IMG/VR virus record: IMGVR_UViG_3300030332_001481
Location: 3,486 to 67,485 of that record
Reading direction: 5' to 3' (one strand)
Source of the DNA: a virus
Lineage: Duplodnaviria; Heunggongvirae; Uroviricota; Caudoviricetes
DNA: 64,000 nt
Shown here: piece by piece, positions 38,888 through 48,144 of the stretch
Position numbering within the stretch: the stretch's first letter is position 1
Layout: the number at the start of each line of letters is the position of its first letter
Position numbers and translations under genes: made by a program
Notes under the pieces: generated by a model
Told to the model about the DNA's origin: nothing
Database searches by the model: none
What the model saw: the letters and a program-made list of their open reading frames with translations, nothing else

Positions 38888-41800
38888 ATGGCTGATCTTG
38901 CTGTAACCGAGAGGGTAACCAAGCCTGGTGCCTACATCGGTCGAATTAACCGAGTCGCCCCAAGTGGAATCACAGGCTTCCGTCGGGCCCCTTGCTACGT
39001 GGGACGCGGATCTCGCTTTCGCACGGTTTTCAACCAGCCGATTAGGCGCAGCTACCTCTCTGACGTAGATCTCGCCTTCCCTTCCTCGGCTCCTCACGTT
39101 GTCGCCCTGGCCTACCCTGCACAGAACAACCAGCAGGTGGCTCGCCTTTTCCGGTCTGACGGTGTCATCATCCCCGCCAGCCGTTGGCAGTTCCTTGACA
39201 CGGATAGCGACGGCTCTTACGAGTCCATCCTCCTCACTCCTGAAGCGTACGACCCTAACTTCACGTTCGCCCTGGACTACCAGTCCACTTCTACTCTCAT
39301 CCGGGATGAACTTCCGTTTGATGACGTTCGCGCCATGCGGTATGTGGGAGACACTGAGAATCAGGAGCTGTACGAGGAGTTCACCCACTATTACCTACCA
39401 ATCTCGATTACTGCCCCTGATCCTGCCCTCGCCAACGCGTCTAGCGGATCCACTGACGTAGGGTTTGAGCCTGCACAAGTCACAGGATCAGCATCAGCGC
39501 CGTTCGTTTTCGCTGGCGGTGAGATTCTAGACCTTGACATTGACGGCACAAATTACAGCGTCACATTCACCGCTTCCACTGGTACCGGTCACTCCGCTGC
39601 TGAGGTGGCAGCGGAGATCAACGCCGTGCTAGGGGACGATGGTCTTGCAGTAGACGAGGGAGGCCAGATCGGGATCCGCTCGGCTAGCGTAGATCCGGGA
39701 CTCTCTGCTGTGGTAATCAATGCAGGTACGGCGAACGCAATCCTAGGCCTGACTGGGGCTCAGTGGCCGCCCGCCACTTCCGGACAGGCTACTGGTGGCT
39801 ACACGCGTCAGACGTCAGGTGCTAGTGACTCTGCACTCATTATCACGTCTAGCGCTAGTAGCAACCATGACTATAACCGCAGATACGAGATCACAATCAC
39901 AGGCGTTGGGGCAACGATTTCTGCTGAAGTGCAAGTCTACCTAGATTCTGGTGCCAGTATTCCTGAAGTTGTTGGTGGCGGCACGCTCACAGCCGCAGCT
40001 GCTTTTGGGGCCACTGCAGTTGGATCTCAGCCGCAGCTGCCTTTTCATTCTACCTATGGTACCGCAACAACCATCTCTTTTGACAACCCAAGCCTTGTGT
40101 CTAGTGAGGTAAGCTTCACGGACATCACTGGTGACACCATCACAATGGTGCTCGATGACTCAGGTGCTACCCCCGTTGTGGGTGGTGAGGTGTTTGAAAC
40201 CTCGTCGGTTGGTCCGAGCATGGTGGAGATCAGTTCAGCTGTTCAGAACACGCAGCAGCATGCATCCTTCTCTGCAGTGAGTAAGGGGGCAGTTTCAGAA
40301 ACTGCCGCTTTCCCAACATTTAGCACAGTGATTGCGGCTGCATCCGGCACCTCTTCTGGCAGCTTGTCTATTCGAGCTGACGCCGAGTACACAGGAGTGT
40401 ATAACCGTCGTTACGCCCTCGTCTGCACAAGTGCCGCTGGAACAGCAGGGAGCCGCACGGCTTCATTCGTGTGGCAGTCGTGGGGTGAGCACGCCGACCT
40501 ACAGTATGATGGCACCTCACGTACCATCAATATCTCAGAGGCCCTTTCCACTGAAACAAACGTGGACCTCGGCGACGGCATCCTGGTCGACTTCGACTTC
40601 GGTACTGCTGGCTCTGCCAACTTCGAGGTCGATGACATCTTCTGGTTCCAGGCCAACGCTGAGCGCTCCCTGATTCGTGCCAAGGATGACCGCGCCTACC
40701 AGCTCGATGTGTCAGCTATCGGCACAGATGGAGCCGACAACGTAGTCACCTTTTCTTACGTAACTGGAACCTCCGAGGGTAGCTTTGGTTTCGTAACTGC
40801 GACTGGTCCCGAGGGAGACCTCGCTTTCAGTGGTAACATCCAGTTGTTCGTTCGAAACCTTGGTAGTCAGACTACTGCCGCCAACCGGTTCGCGATCAAT
40901 GACCAGTGGACCTTCGACACCATCGCCGACGATGTGATTGACTGGTCACTGACCACCATCACCTCCGAGACCATCGACACGACTCAGATCTACACCGATG
41001 CGCTGGGAGTGATCACTGGGACTGTGGGTCTTGCCTACACAGTGCTGCAGGAGGTACCGGACTCTGTCATCTACGTCAAGGACACCGTCACTGACGAGCT
41101 GATCACTTCGTACTCTCTCCCATCAACCGAGCAGCCCTACCTGGCGTTCTCGACTGCGCCCACAAACGCGGTTGAGGTTCGTTACGAGTATGCGGGAGAG
41201 GAGCCCGGTGCTTCTAGCCTCTACTACGTGACGGCGAACATCGTTCGTGAGGACGCCTACTACGACACTCCGCAGCAGGTCTTCTCGTATGAGGATGCGG
41301 CCCGTCTTCTTGGCCCGAGTGCTACCAGCAATGATCTCCTGATCATGGCGCAGATCGCACTTGAGGACAACGACGCACCCAGCGCCTTCTTCTGTCAGGC
41401 GAAGGACTCTGACGGTGACGGGGTCATTACTCCGGTAGATGTCAACTCAGCCATTGAGGCGACAGAGGATGTTCGGTCCCTGACCGACGTGGTAGTGCTC
41501 AACAGCTTCTCCTCGCTGTCCACCTCACTGGCCAACAACGAGAAGATGAACGACCCCTTCGAGCGCGGTGATCGTGCTCTGTGGGTGGGCGCTCCCATCG
41601 GTACTGACATTGGGTCGTACGACACTCCCGGGACTCTCATCTACCTGGCTCGCCGCTCACTGCAGGTATTCGGAGAGAACCCTGCACACGGTAAGCGCGT
41701 ACTCATTGGAAACACTGAGGCTACCAAGACCATCACTCTCACCGATGGTACTCAGGTAACCGTTACACTGGACGGTAGCTTCATCGCTGGTGCGGTGGCT

Positions 41801-42364
41801 GCGCGTAACGCGAGCTTTACCTCTCCCAGTGAGACACTCCTTCGTAAGAACCTGTTCGGGTTCGATTCCATGGAGGTCTACACCGAGCCTGAGGAGCTTC
41901 GCCTCGTCGGTGCCTCTATCCTCTTCATGAGCAACCAGGGTACGGAAACTGCTCCGGTGTTCCGCATCGAAGAGTCCACCACCGTAGACACTTCGTCTGA
42001 CGATAACAACGAGATCTCAGTTGCTATCAACCAGAAGGAGTACGTCACACGAGTCGTTCGCCAGGAGATGGACGACAGTCTCATCTCTATCGTTCCGCCG
42101 AGCGAGCAGGCCGGTGTTGCCATCGTGCGCACCTTCCTCGCGTCCCTCCTGAACCGCTTCATCGGAAAGGGAATCATCAGTCCTTACACGGATGGTGATG
42201 GGTCTGACCGTATGGTTGATCCCGACGAGGATATCGTCGTCTTCCGCGACACCAGCTCTAAGACCACCTACAACTTCAAGTACTGGTGGGTGGGCAAGTA
42301 CCCCCTCAAGAGGCTTGCAGGTCTCTACTCTGTCGACGAGAAGCTTTTCGGCGAGCAGGTCTAA
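38888..42364 (+). CDS. Tail sheath protein, 1158 aa (large, with inserted domains)
   Basis: N-terminal VTKPGAYIGR; C-terminal sheath-like LDGSFIAGAVAA...ETLLRKNLFGF...FRIEESTT...YKYWWVGKYPLKRL; upstream of tube and TMP. Confidence 0.85.
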   Translation: MADLAVTERVTKPGAYIGRINRVAPSGITGFRRAPCYVGRGSRFRTVFNQPIRRSYLSDVDLAFPSSAPHVVALAYPAQNNQQVARLFRSDGVIIPASRWQFLDTDSDGSYESILLTPEAYDPNFTFALDYQSTSTLIRDELPFDDVRAMRYVGDTENQELYEEFTHYYLPISITAPDPALANASSGSTDVGFEPAQVTGSASAPFVFAGGEILDLDIDGTNYSVTFTASTGTGHSAAEVAAEINAVLGDDGLAVDEGGQIGIRSASVDPGLSAVVINAGTANAILGLTGAQWPPATSGQATGGYTRQTSGASDSALIITSSASSNHDYNRRYEITITGVGATISAEVQVYLDSGASIPEVVGGGTLTAAAAFGATAVGSQPQLPFHSTYGTATTISFDNPSLVSSEVSFTDITGDTITMVLDDSGATPVVGGEVFETSSVGPSMVEISSAVQNTQQHASFSAVSKGAVSETAAFPTFSTVIAAASGTSSGSLSIRADAEYTGVYNRRYALVCTSAAGTAGSRTASFVWQSWGEHADLQYDGTSRTINISEALSTETNVDLGDGILVDFDFGTAGSANFEVDDIFWFQANAERSLIRAKDDRAYQLDVSAIGTDGADNVVTFSYVTGTSEGSFGFVTATGPEGDLAFSGNIQLFVRNLGSQTTAANRFAINDQWTFDTIADDVIDWSLTTITSETIDTTQIYTDALGVITGTVGLAYTVLQEVPDSVIYVKDTVTDELITSYSLPSTEQPYLAFSTAPTNAVEVRYEYAGEEPGASSLYYVTANIVREDAYYDTPQQVFSYEDAARLLGPSATSNDLLIMAQIALEDNDAPSAFFCQAKDSDGDGVITPVDVNSAIEATEDVRSLTDVVVLNSFSSLSTSLANNEKMNDPFERGDRALWVGAPIGTDIGSYDTPGTLIYLARRSLQVFGENPAHGKRVLIGNTEATKTITLTDGTQVTVTLDGSFIAGAVAARNASFTSPSETLLRKNLFGFDSMEVYTEPEELRLVGASILFMSNQGTETAPVFRIEESTTVDTSSDDNNEISVAINQKEYVTRVVRQEMDDSLISIVPPSEQAGVAIVRTFLASLLNRFIGKGIISPYTDGDGSDRMVDPDEDIVVFRDTSSKTTYNFKYWWVGKYPLKRLAGLYSVDEKLFGEQV

Positions 42365-42376
42365 TCACAAATCGAG

Positions 42377-42410
42377 ATCGGGGAGGGAGCTAAATCGTTC
42401 CCTCCCCGAT
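42377..42410 (+). terminator. Strong stem-loop after the sheath gene
   Basis: ATCGGGGAGGGAGC-taaatc-GTTCCCTCCCCGAT, 14-bp stem with one G-U pair. Confidence 0.7.
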
Positions 42411-42462
42411 TATCTAACTTACGGCGAGACGTCGCCCTAACAATCTCCGGAGAACAAAAATC

Positions 42463-43287
42463 ATGTCTGTGCAGAGCAAGCTGCGAAAGGTAGAGGCCCA
42501 GGCCCGCCGCGAGCTAATTGCGGAACTTGAGTCAAGCATCAAGTCCGCCAAGAAGTTTCCTAGTCCCTCAAAGGACACCGTCCTTCGCAAGGACAAGAAG
42601 AAGGTCGAGACCGAGCAGAACATCGGACCCAAGACCAAGAAGACCCAGAAGAAGTCTCTCGACGAGGTTGACGCCAAGAACAAGTCGCTTACGTCGGACA
42701 CTCCGGAACTTGCTTCCACTCCCAAGCCCAAGGTCAAGAACCCTACGGTAGACGACTCCAAGGATAAGACCATGGAGATGGATCTTGCGGAGGCCAAGCG
42801 CAAGAAGAAGCCGAAGAAGATCAAGAAGAAGGCCCTGGACATGAGCCAGGAAGAGGCCGAGGACCTTGATCGCGACGAGGTTCGCGATGAGGACATGCAG
42901 GACATCACCAACAAGGGTAGCAAGCGTCAGCTCGCTCCCGTAAGTGAGCTTCAGCAGAAGCTCAAGGGCCTGGTCCCTGAGCTGACCAAGTCCCTCTCCC
43001 AGGCGAACGACATGCTTGAGTCAGCCGTTCTCGGCGGCGATCTCAAGGCGATGGATCGTGCCCTTCGTTTCGTGCTCACCATTCTCAAGAAGGTGACACG
43101 TCAGGACCTCGTCCCCCTCTTCGGCACCGTCTCCAAGCTCATGCAGAGCCTTGGCAACAAGCACGCTTCCTCCAGGAAGACTGCAGCTGTCAAGCGGGCT
43201 CACGCAACGGTAGAGTCCCTTCAGACTGAGATCGGCCGTGGCAAGGTTCTTGTCAAGATGGCGATCGATCAGTACGCCAAGGTCTAA
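42463..43287 (+). CDS. Lys/Asp/Glu-rich hypothetical protein, 274 aa
   Basis: Charged low-complexity N-half, helical C-half. Confidence 0.75.
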   Translation: MSVQSKLRKVEAQARRELIAELESSIKSAKKFPSPSKDTVLRKDKKKVETEQNIGPKTKKTQKKSLDEVDAKNKSLTSDTPELASTPKPKVKNPTVDDSKDKTMEMDLAEAKRKKKPKKIKKKALDMSQEEAEDLDRDEVRDEDMQDITNKGSKRQLAPVSELQQKLKGLVPELTKSLSQANDMLESAVLGGDLKAMDRALRFVLTILKKVTRQDLVPLFGTVSKLMQSLGNKHASSRKTAAVKRAHATVESLQTEIGRGKVLVKMAIDQYAKV

Positions 43288-43296
43288 TCTCACCTA

Positions 43297-44394
43297 ATGA
43301 CCCTTCCCGACATTCAAGATCGTGCCCGGATGGCTAGTTTTCTTATTAAACTAGCCATCCGGAAGATGAAAGCGGCTCACCGCCCCGTGGAGCCTCAGGT
43401 GGCTATGTCTGCCTTGGCCTCGCTTCGGGGCGACAAAGCCGTCTCGTTCTTTGAGCAGTTTGATGTATCCTCGGCTGCTAAGACCACGGCGGGGGCCCGC
43501 CTTCTGTCCTCTAAGGACAAGGCCACCCTACAGAAGGTGACCGCGGCGCAGACCTTCGTACCGGGGCAGGGTCCCGGGGTTCGGGTCAACTCCGCGATTG
43601 GACCTTTCATCGTGCGGGACACTCCACAGGGTCCGATTATCTTGAATCGTGATGTGGTTTCCTTCCGGGGTATTGTAGGGCACTCTTCTACCTTCGACGT
43701 AGACGACTGCCTGAAGCCCAAGGATCTGTACGAGCAGGTAAAGGAAATCCTGGGTGGGGTCAACACCAAGCTAGAGGCTAGGGTCAAGGCAGCGGAATCG
43801 GTGGCGAACAAGCCGTTCCGTATCGAGCGGGACTACGAGATCCGAACTGTCGGCGACAAGGCTCGTAGGGTCATGATCTTCAAGATCGTCCGCAACGATC
43901 CCAACGGGAAGCACGACGGCGAAACAGCCTACTGGATTGATCCCAAGATTCAGTCTCGTGCAATTCGTCAGCAAGAAGAAGCTCAAAGGGCTAAGGAGCT
44001 TGGTAAGGACGACGTTGTGGTGGACAACCAGAGTCCAGAACAGCCCGCCATCTTCACTAGCGCTGACAAGGCGGCTGAGGTGCTCAACGAGCTGACCGAC
44101 GCCCACAATACCACGTCCATTCGAACTGTTCACCGGTTCATGGAGCGTCGGGTGTTCCTGCTTCTCTCCACAACGTTCACGGCTCGTAGCCACGCAGACG
44201 CCTTCACAGTGTTCAGCGAGGCCATCCGTGATAAGACTGATCCAGTAGGTGAGCTGAACCAGCAGGTGCCCAAGATCAAGAACCGTCTGCAGCAGTTCCA
44301 GGAGTTCAGTAACACCCCTGAGCCCGTGGCAGTCGATCCTGCTCATGAGGAGCGTCTAAAGCAGCTGAGCACCCCGAAAGATGAGGCTGTCTGA
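43297..44394 (+). CDS. Hypothetical protein, 365 aa
   Basis: Clean long ORF. Confidence 0.75.
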   Translation: MTLPDIQDRARMASFLIKLAIRKMKAAHRPVEPQVAMSALASLRGDKAVSFFEQFDVSSAAKTTAGARLLSSKDKATLQKVTAAQTFVPGQGPGVRVNSAIGPFIVRDTPQGPIILNRDVVSFRGIVGHSSTFDVDDCLKPKDLYEQVKEILGGVNTKLEARVKAAESVANKPFRIERDYEIRTVGDKARRVMIFKIVRNDPNGKHDGETAYWIDPKIQSRAIRQQEEAQRAKELGKDDVVVDNQSPEQPAIFTSADKAAEVLNELTDAHNTTSIRTVHRFMERRVFLLLSTTFTARSHADAFTVFSEAIRDKTDPVGELNQQVPKIKNRLQQFQEFSNTPEPVAVDPAHEERLKQLSTPKDEAV

Positions 44395-44867
44395 TGGCAG
44401 ACCTAGAAACACTTCTTCGTCAAACAAGTACTGCCATGGTGGAGCAGGACGGTGGGATCTTAGTCTACAGTCCCACTCCTCAGTTCGTTAGCACAGGGGT
44501 ACTATTCCCCTCTGCGGACGATGTTGCGTCGTTCCTGCTTCTATACCGTCGCGACCTACAGACCCACGGCTTTCGGTCTCCTCAAGAGTTCTGGCGGGAC
44601 AGCGGCAATCAAATCGCTCTCGATGGGGTAGAGACTCCGAACCGGCAGGATAGCCAGTCTGCCTATTTCATCAATGCTGCCTCTGGCACTGATTCTTCAG
44701 GCTCCTCCGACCTCGTTGGAAAGTACAACCTACTCATTGCGGCTAGGCAACTAGAGGTAAGGGCTGACGTCTTAGCGTTGACTGACGAGCTTGACGTTAC
44801 TGATCACGCCTTGCAGCATTATCTAAAGAGGAAAGCTTTCATCAAATCGCAGTTTCCTCGCGATTAG
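44394..44867 (+). CDS. Hypothetical protein, 157 aa
   Basis: TGATG coupling to the upstream stop. Confidence 0.7.
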   Translation: MADLETLLRQTSTAMVEQDGGILVYSPTPQFVSTGVLFPSADDVASFLLLYRRDLQTHGFRSPQEFWRDSGNQIALDGVETPNRQDSQSAYFINAASGTDSSGSSDLVGKYNLLIAARQLEVRADVLALTDELDVTDHALQHYLKRKAFIKSQFPRD

Positions 44868-44910
44868 TAGTTTCCGGTCGTAGTTCTACACACGACCAAA
44901 GGAGTCCGTT

Positions 44911-45429
44911 TTGGCCAGCCCCGTACCCTTCGCAGAAAATGCCCATGGTGTGCGCGTTCGTCCGCTTGACTTTGACGCGGAGGGTGCGCCCACGATTAAG
45001 ACCTACCACGGCATCTCTATTGTCGTTGGTGGCCGAATTGTCGGTCGTATCCAGAGCTTCAAGCCCAACATGTACACCCGTCAGGGCAACCATGTTTACG
45101 AAGTCAACCACCTGACATTTGGACGCCCCGTCGACTACGTTCCTTCCATCAACGAGGGATACAACATCTCCGTGTCGCGTGTTGAGGTCTGGAACCAGGA
45201 GTTCGAGCTTGCGCTTGGCTACTCCGCCGTGTGGTCCGATCTCATCGACCAGAACCGCCCCTTCACCATTCAGGAATACCTGTTCAAGGGTAACACCGTG
45301 TACCGCGTCTGGCTGTACAGTGGTTGCTGGTTCACCAACCGAAACGAAGATGGATTCGAGTCAAAGGGCGACGCGCAGATCAAGGCAACTGGCGAGATTC
45401 AGTTCGTCAGTCGTACTCGCACCGTCTGA
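44911..45429 (+). CDS. Tail tube protein
   Basis: ISIVVGGRIVGRIQSF...YEV...DYVPS...ISVSRVEVW...RPFTIQE...YSGCWFT pattern of myovirus tubes; AAGGAG RBS before TTG. Confidence 0.8.
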   Translation: MASPVPFAENAHGVRVRPLDFDAEGAPTIKTYHGISIVVGGRIVGRIQSFKPNMYTRQGNHVYEVNHLTFGRPVDYVPSINEGYNISVSRVEVWNQEFELALGYSAVWSDLIDQNRPFTIQEYLFKGNTVYRVWLYSGCWFTNRNEDGFESKGDAQIKATGEIQFVSRTRTV

Positions 45430-45442
45430 GGTAAAAACTCGT

Positions 45443-45769
45443 ATGGACCAACCTGAAGACAGACTTAAGACCGTATCCGACTACGTACTGAAGAAGGCGC
45501 ACGAAGGCGCAAGTACGGATCGGGTTACACCGATCCAGTCGCGGCATCAAAAGGCGCGTCTTCGTGAGGCGGTCGCCAAGAACTACGTGAACTTGGATGA
45601 GCTTGAATATGTGTTCAAGGACATCAACTCGTCCAGCTCACTGAAGTACTTCTCGTCAGAGGACGCTAAGCTAATTCGAGCTGCTGCGTTGTCTTTGGCG
45701 GAGGCACGTCGATCCCTGCGTAAGCTAGGTCAGCGTGAGTGGCTCAAAAAGTCACCCTCAAAGGATTGA
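45443..45769 (+). CDS. Hypothetical helical protein, 108 aa
   Basis: ATG 45443 after the tube stop; the track's upstream extension overlaps the tube gene. Confidence 0.65.
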   Translation: MDQPEDRLKTVSDYVLKKAHEGASTDRVTPIQSRHQKARLREAVAKNYVNLDELEYVFKDINSSSSLKYFSSEDAKLIRAAALSLAEARRSLRKLGQREWLKKSPSKD

Positions 45770-45919
45770 TCCTTGAGTGTGTAGGTTACTTGATCGTGCA
45801 AGTCGTGCCTTCCACACAGTGGAGCAGCGACACAACAACCGACCTTCGGGTCACAACTAGAAATCATCATTAAGGCACTCACCTCCTACATTTTTTTGGT
45901 GAGCAAGAGGTCACAGATA

Positions 45920-47215
45920 ATGGCGCATCCCAAGGATCTAAACCCTATCCTAGTCGAGATGGACGACATCGCTTCAGATCTTGAGAAGACCGGAAACGCC
46001 GACCTGGCGTTCATGGTTGATCAGTGCTCTGCTGAGTTACAGGCGTCCCCCCGCAAGACTGCTACCGCGAAGCGCAAGCCTGCTGCGAAGAAGACTCGCT
46101 CAGGCAAGCAGAAGCGTGCTGGCAAGTCCCGCAAGACCGCGAAGAAGAGCGTTCATGCTGCTCGCAGCAAGATTGCGCAGACCATGCGTAGGATTGCTCG
46201 TGCTCAGGTCTCAGAGCTTGAGGACATCGCGAAGGAGCTTATCAAGGAGGGCGACAAGAAGGTTGCTCTTGAGGTACTCAAGATCGCTGAGGAGCTTGAT
46301 AGCGACTACAACTACTCCGACGCCAAGCACTCCGCTCCGGAGAGCAGCGGCGACGCCTCACAGCGCTACGACCGCGAGAAGGCCAACAAGCCCGACGCGA
46401 AGATGGACGCTGAGGAGAAGGAAGAGCTGGAGTACCCCTACGGCGACGCCGAGGGCCTCGGTTACCCCCTCAAGGAGGGTGGCGTTGACGCCGCGCTCAA
46501 TGAGCTTCTGAAGGCGGCTGGCGAGGACTTCGACTTCGGCGGCGACGAGTCGGACGATGACGAGGGCTCCGAGGGTCTTGACCTTGGCGACGAGGCGGAC
46601 GAGGACGCCGAGGGCGACGAGATGGACCTCGACGGTGAGGACTCCGACGAGGACTCCGACGAGGACTCCGATGAGGATCTCGACCTCGACATGGGCGAGG
46701 AGGGCGACGACGACCTTGACCTCGACAGCATCGACCTCGATGAGGGCGACGGCGAGGACGAACTTGCGGCCATGATGGAGGCTGGTGACGCTGAGGACAT
46801 GACGGCGATGGACCGCATGTACGAGGCGGATGAGGACCTTGGCGACGACATGGATCTCGATCTCGACCTGGGTGATGAGGATCCCATGGCGGACGAAGAC
46901 ATGGACGAGGACATGGACGTCGACATGGGCATGGGCGGCGACGAGGACCTTGGCGACGAGGACCTTGGCGACGAGGACCTTGGCGACGAGGACATGGACG
47001 AGGACATGGACGAGGACCTTGAGCTGTCAGACGCCGAGGACACCGAGGCCATGGACCTTCTCCCCAACCTTGAGGTCTCCGGCCCGATGGGCACCGGCTT
47101 CAAGTTCTCCACCGCGGACAAGAAGCGCCTCGCGAAGCTAGCCAAGGCCCTTTGGAGCCGCGGCGACAAGAACTCAGCTCGGCGGATCGCGAAGATGGTG
47201 AAGTCTTCCAAGTAA
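45920..47215 (+). CDS. Very acidic protein with basic N-terminal patch (scaffold/internal-virion-like), about 431 aa
   Basis: Central region more than half D/E; K/R-rich patch; own structured leader and strong terminator. Confidence 0.8.
   Translation: MAHPKDLNPILVEMDDIASDLEKTGNADLAFMVDQCSAELQASPRKTATAKRKPAAKKTRSGKQKRAGKSRKTAKKSVHAARSKIAQTMRRIARAQVSELEDIAKELIKEGDKKVALEVLKIAEELDSDYNYSDAKHSAPESSGDASQRYDREKANKPDAKMDAEEKEELEYPYGDAEGLGYPLKEGGVDAALNELLKAAGEDFDFGGDESDDDEGSEGLDLGDEADEDAEGDEMDLDGEDSDEDSDEDSDEDLDLDMGEEGDDDLDLDSIDLDEGDGEDELAAMMEAGDAEDMTAMDRMYEADEDLGDDMDLDLDLGDEDPMADEDMDEDMDVDMGMGGDEDLGDEDLGDEDLGDEDMDEDMDEDLELSDAEDTEAMDLLPNLEVSGPMGTGFKFSTADKKRLAKLAKALWSRGDKNSARRIAKMVKSSK
46637..46672 (+). 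repeat. 12-bp tandem repeat GAGGACTCCGAY x3 (EDSD)
   Basis: Read directly. Confidence 0.9.
46937..47014 (+). repeat. 15-bp GGCGACGAGGACCTT x3 (plus a partial copy) followed by 12-bp GACATGGACGAG x2
   Basis: Read directly; encodes (GDEDL)3 then (DMDE)2. Confidence 0.9.
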
Positions 47216-47234
47216 GTCTTCCTTTCCCCTGTAA

Positions 47235-47272
47235 ACAAAGACCCAGGCCATTGATTTGGCCTGGGTCTTTGT
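47235..47272. terminator. Rho-independent terminator, 16-bp perfect stem, possibly bidirectional
   Basis: ACAAAGACCCAGGCCA-ttgatt-TGGCCTGGGTCTTTGT. Confidence 0.8.
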
Positions 47273-47331
47273 ATGTGTAGTACACAGGAACCAATGACCT
47301 ACGAGACGTAGGCAGGAGTAATGAACATCTC

Positions 47332-48144
47332 ATGATTAATGATGACGACCTTGGAGAGAAGATTGATCCGCTCTCCATCTCTTCCACGCCCATCAAAGGC
47401 GCACTCCCTCACCCGAAAAAGGGCCCGTGGGACACTGCCGAGTCGGTAGATTCCGAGTTCAATCCGGGGCAGTGGCCGCAGCGCCCCTCTACACCTCCCC
47501 CAGTAGGTCGTGAGGTAGCGTACAACCCTCAGGGGGCAGGTCCCTCAGGGCAGGCGCCCACATCCGCGCAGGCTCCCGCTACTCCGCAGACCAAGCCTCT
47601 CCCTCCCGCACCCGTCTCAAAGCGCTTCAAGGCGACGGCTAAGGAGAGCCGCGTTCTCGGTAAGTTCAGAGAGGCATTCGGCCTCAAGCGTGTCGACAGT
47701 GCGGATGCTGTGATCACACGAAAGCACCCACGCGACCCCGAGCAGGAGATCAGCATGAAGTTCACCTTCCGTGGGCTTGGGTACGACGACTACCTTTGGG
47801 CTCTCCTGACGGCTGCTAACTCCGGCATGCCCAGTCAGTTTGCGTTCAGGGTGGCATGCTGCGCCATGATGACAGCTGCCATCGACGACACTCCCATCTG
47901 GGAGGTCTTTGGGCTTGAGCCCCTTCACCCGGATGATGTCACCGATCCTTTGTATCCTCACAAGGGCATTCGCTTTAACTCGGCCGAGATGTTCATGGAG
48001 GAGCTTCGTACGTCGATGCACGACATCGTGGATGATCTCTTCAACCAGATCTCCGAGAAGGTCGATGACCGCTACATGCTCAAGCAGGAGACTCCTGAGG
48101 AAGCCGCAGACGGTGCCGCGGAGCCAGAGCGCCCTTTACCCTAG
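47332..48144 (+). CDS. Tail assembly chaperone (gpG-like), 270 aa
   Basis: Position upstream of the TMP; slippery heptamer 2 codons before its stop. Confidence 0.75.
   Translation: MINDDDLGEKIDPLSISSTPIKGALPHPKKGPWDTAESVDSEFNPGQWPQRPSTPPPVGREVAYNPQGAGPSGQAPTSAQAPATPQTKPLPPAPVSKRFKATAKESRVLGKFREAFGLKRVDSADAVITRKHPRDPEQEISMKFTFRGLGYDDYLWALLTAANSGMPSQFAFRVACCAMMTAAIDDTPIWEVFGLEPLHPDDVTDPLYPHKGIRFNSAEMFMEELRTSMHDIVDDLFNQISEKVDDRYMLKQETPEEAADGAAEPERPLP
48132..48138 (+). promoter_or_regulatory. -1 programmed ribosomal frameshift heptamer C CCT TTA
   Basis: X XXY YYZ in the correct phase; the -1 frame is open from 48099 to 48716. Confidence 0.8.

Noticed and set aside
45119-45443. Long +1-frame overlap with the tube gene suggesting a tube-extension frameshift
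   Set aside because: The tube ends GTC TGA G with no re-pairable slippery codon; the overlapping frame is S/T/R-rich shadow, and ATG 45443 explains the downstream protein
46462-47238. 258-aa Ser-rich minus-strand ORF, and similar minus-strand ORFs throughout the track
   Set aside because: Antisense shadows of D/E-rich or GC3-biased plus-strand genes
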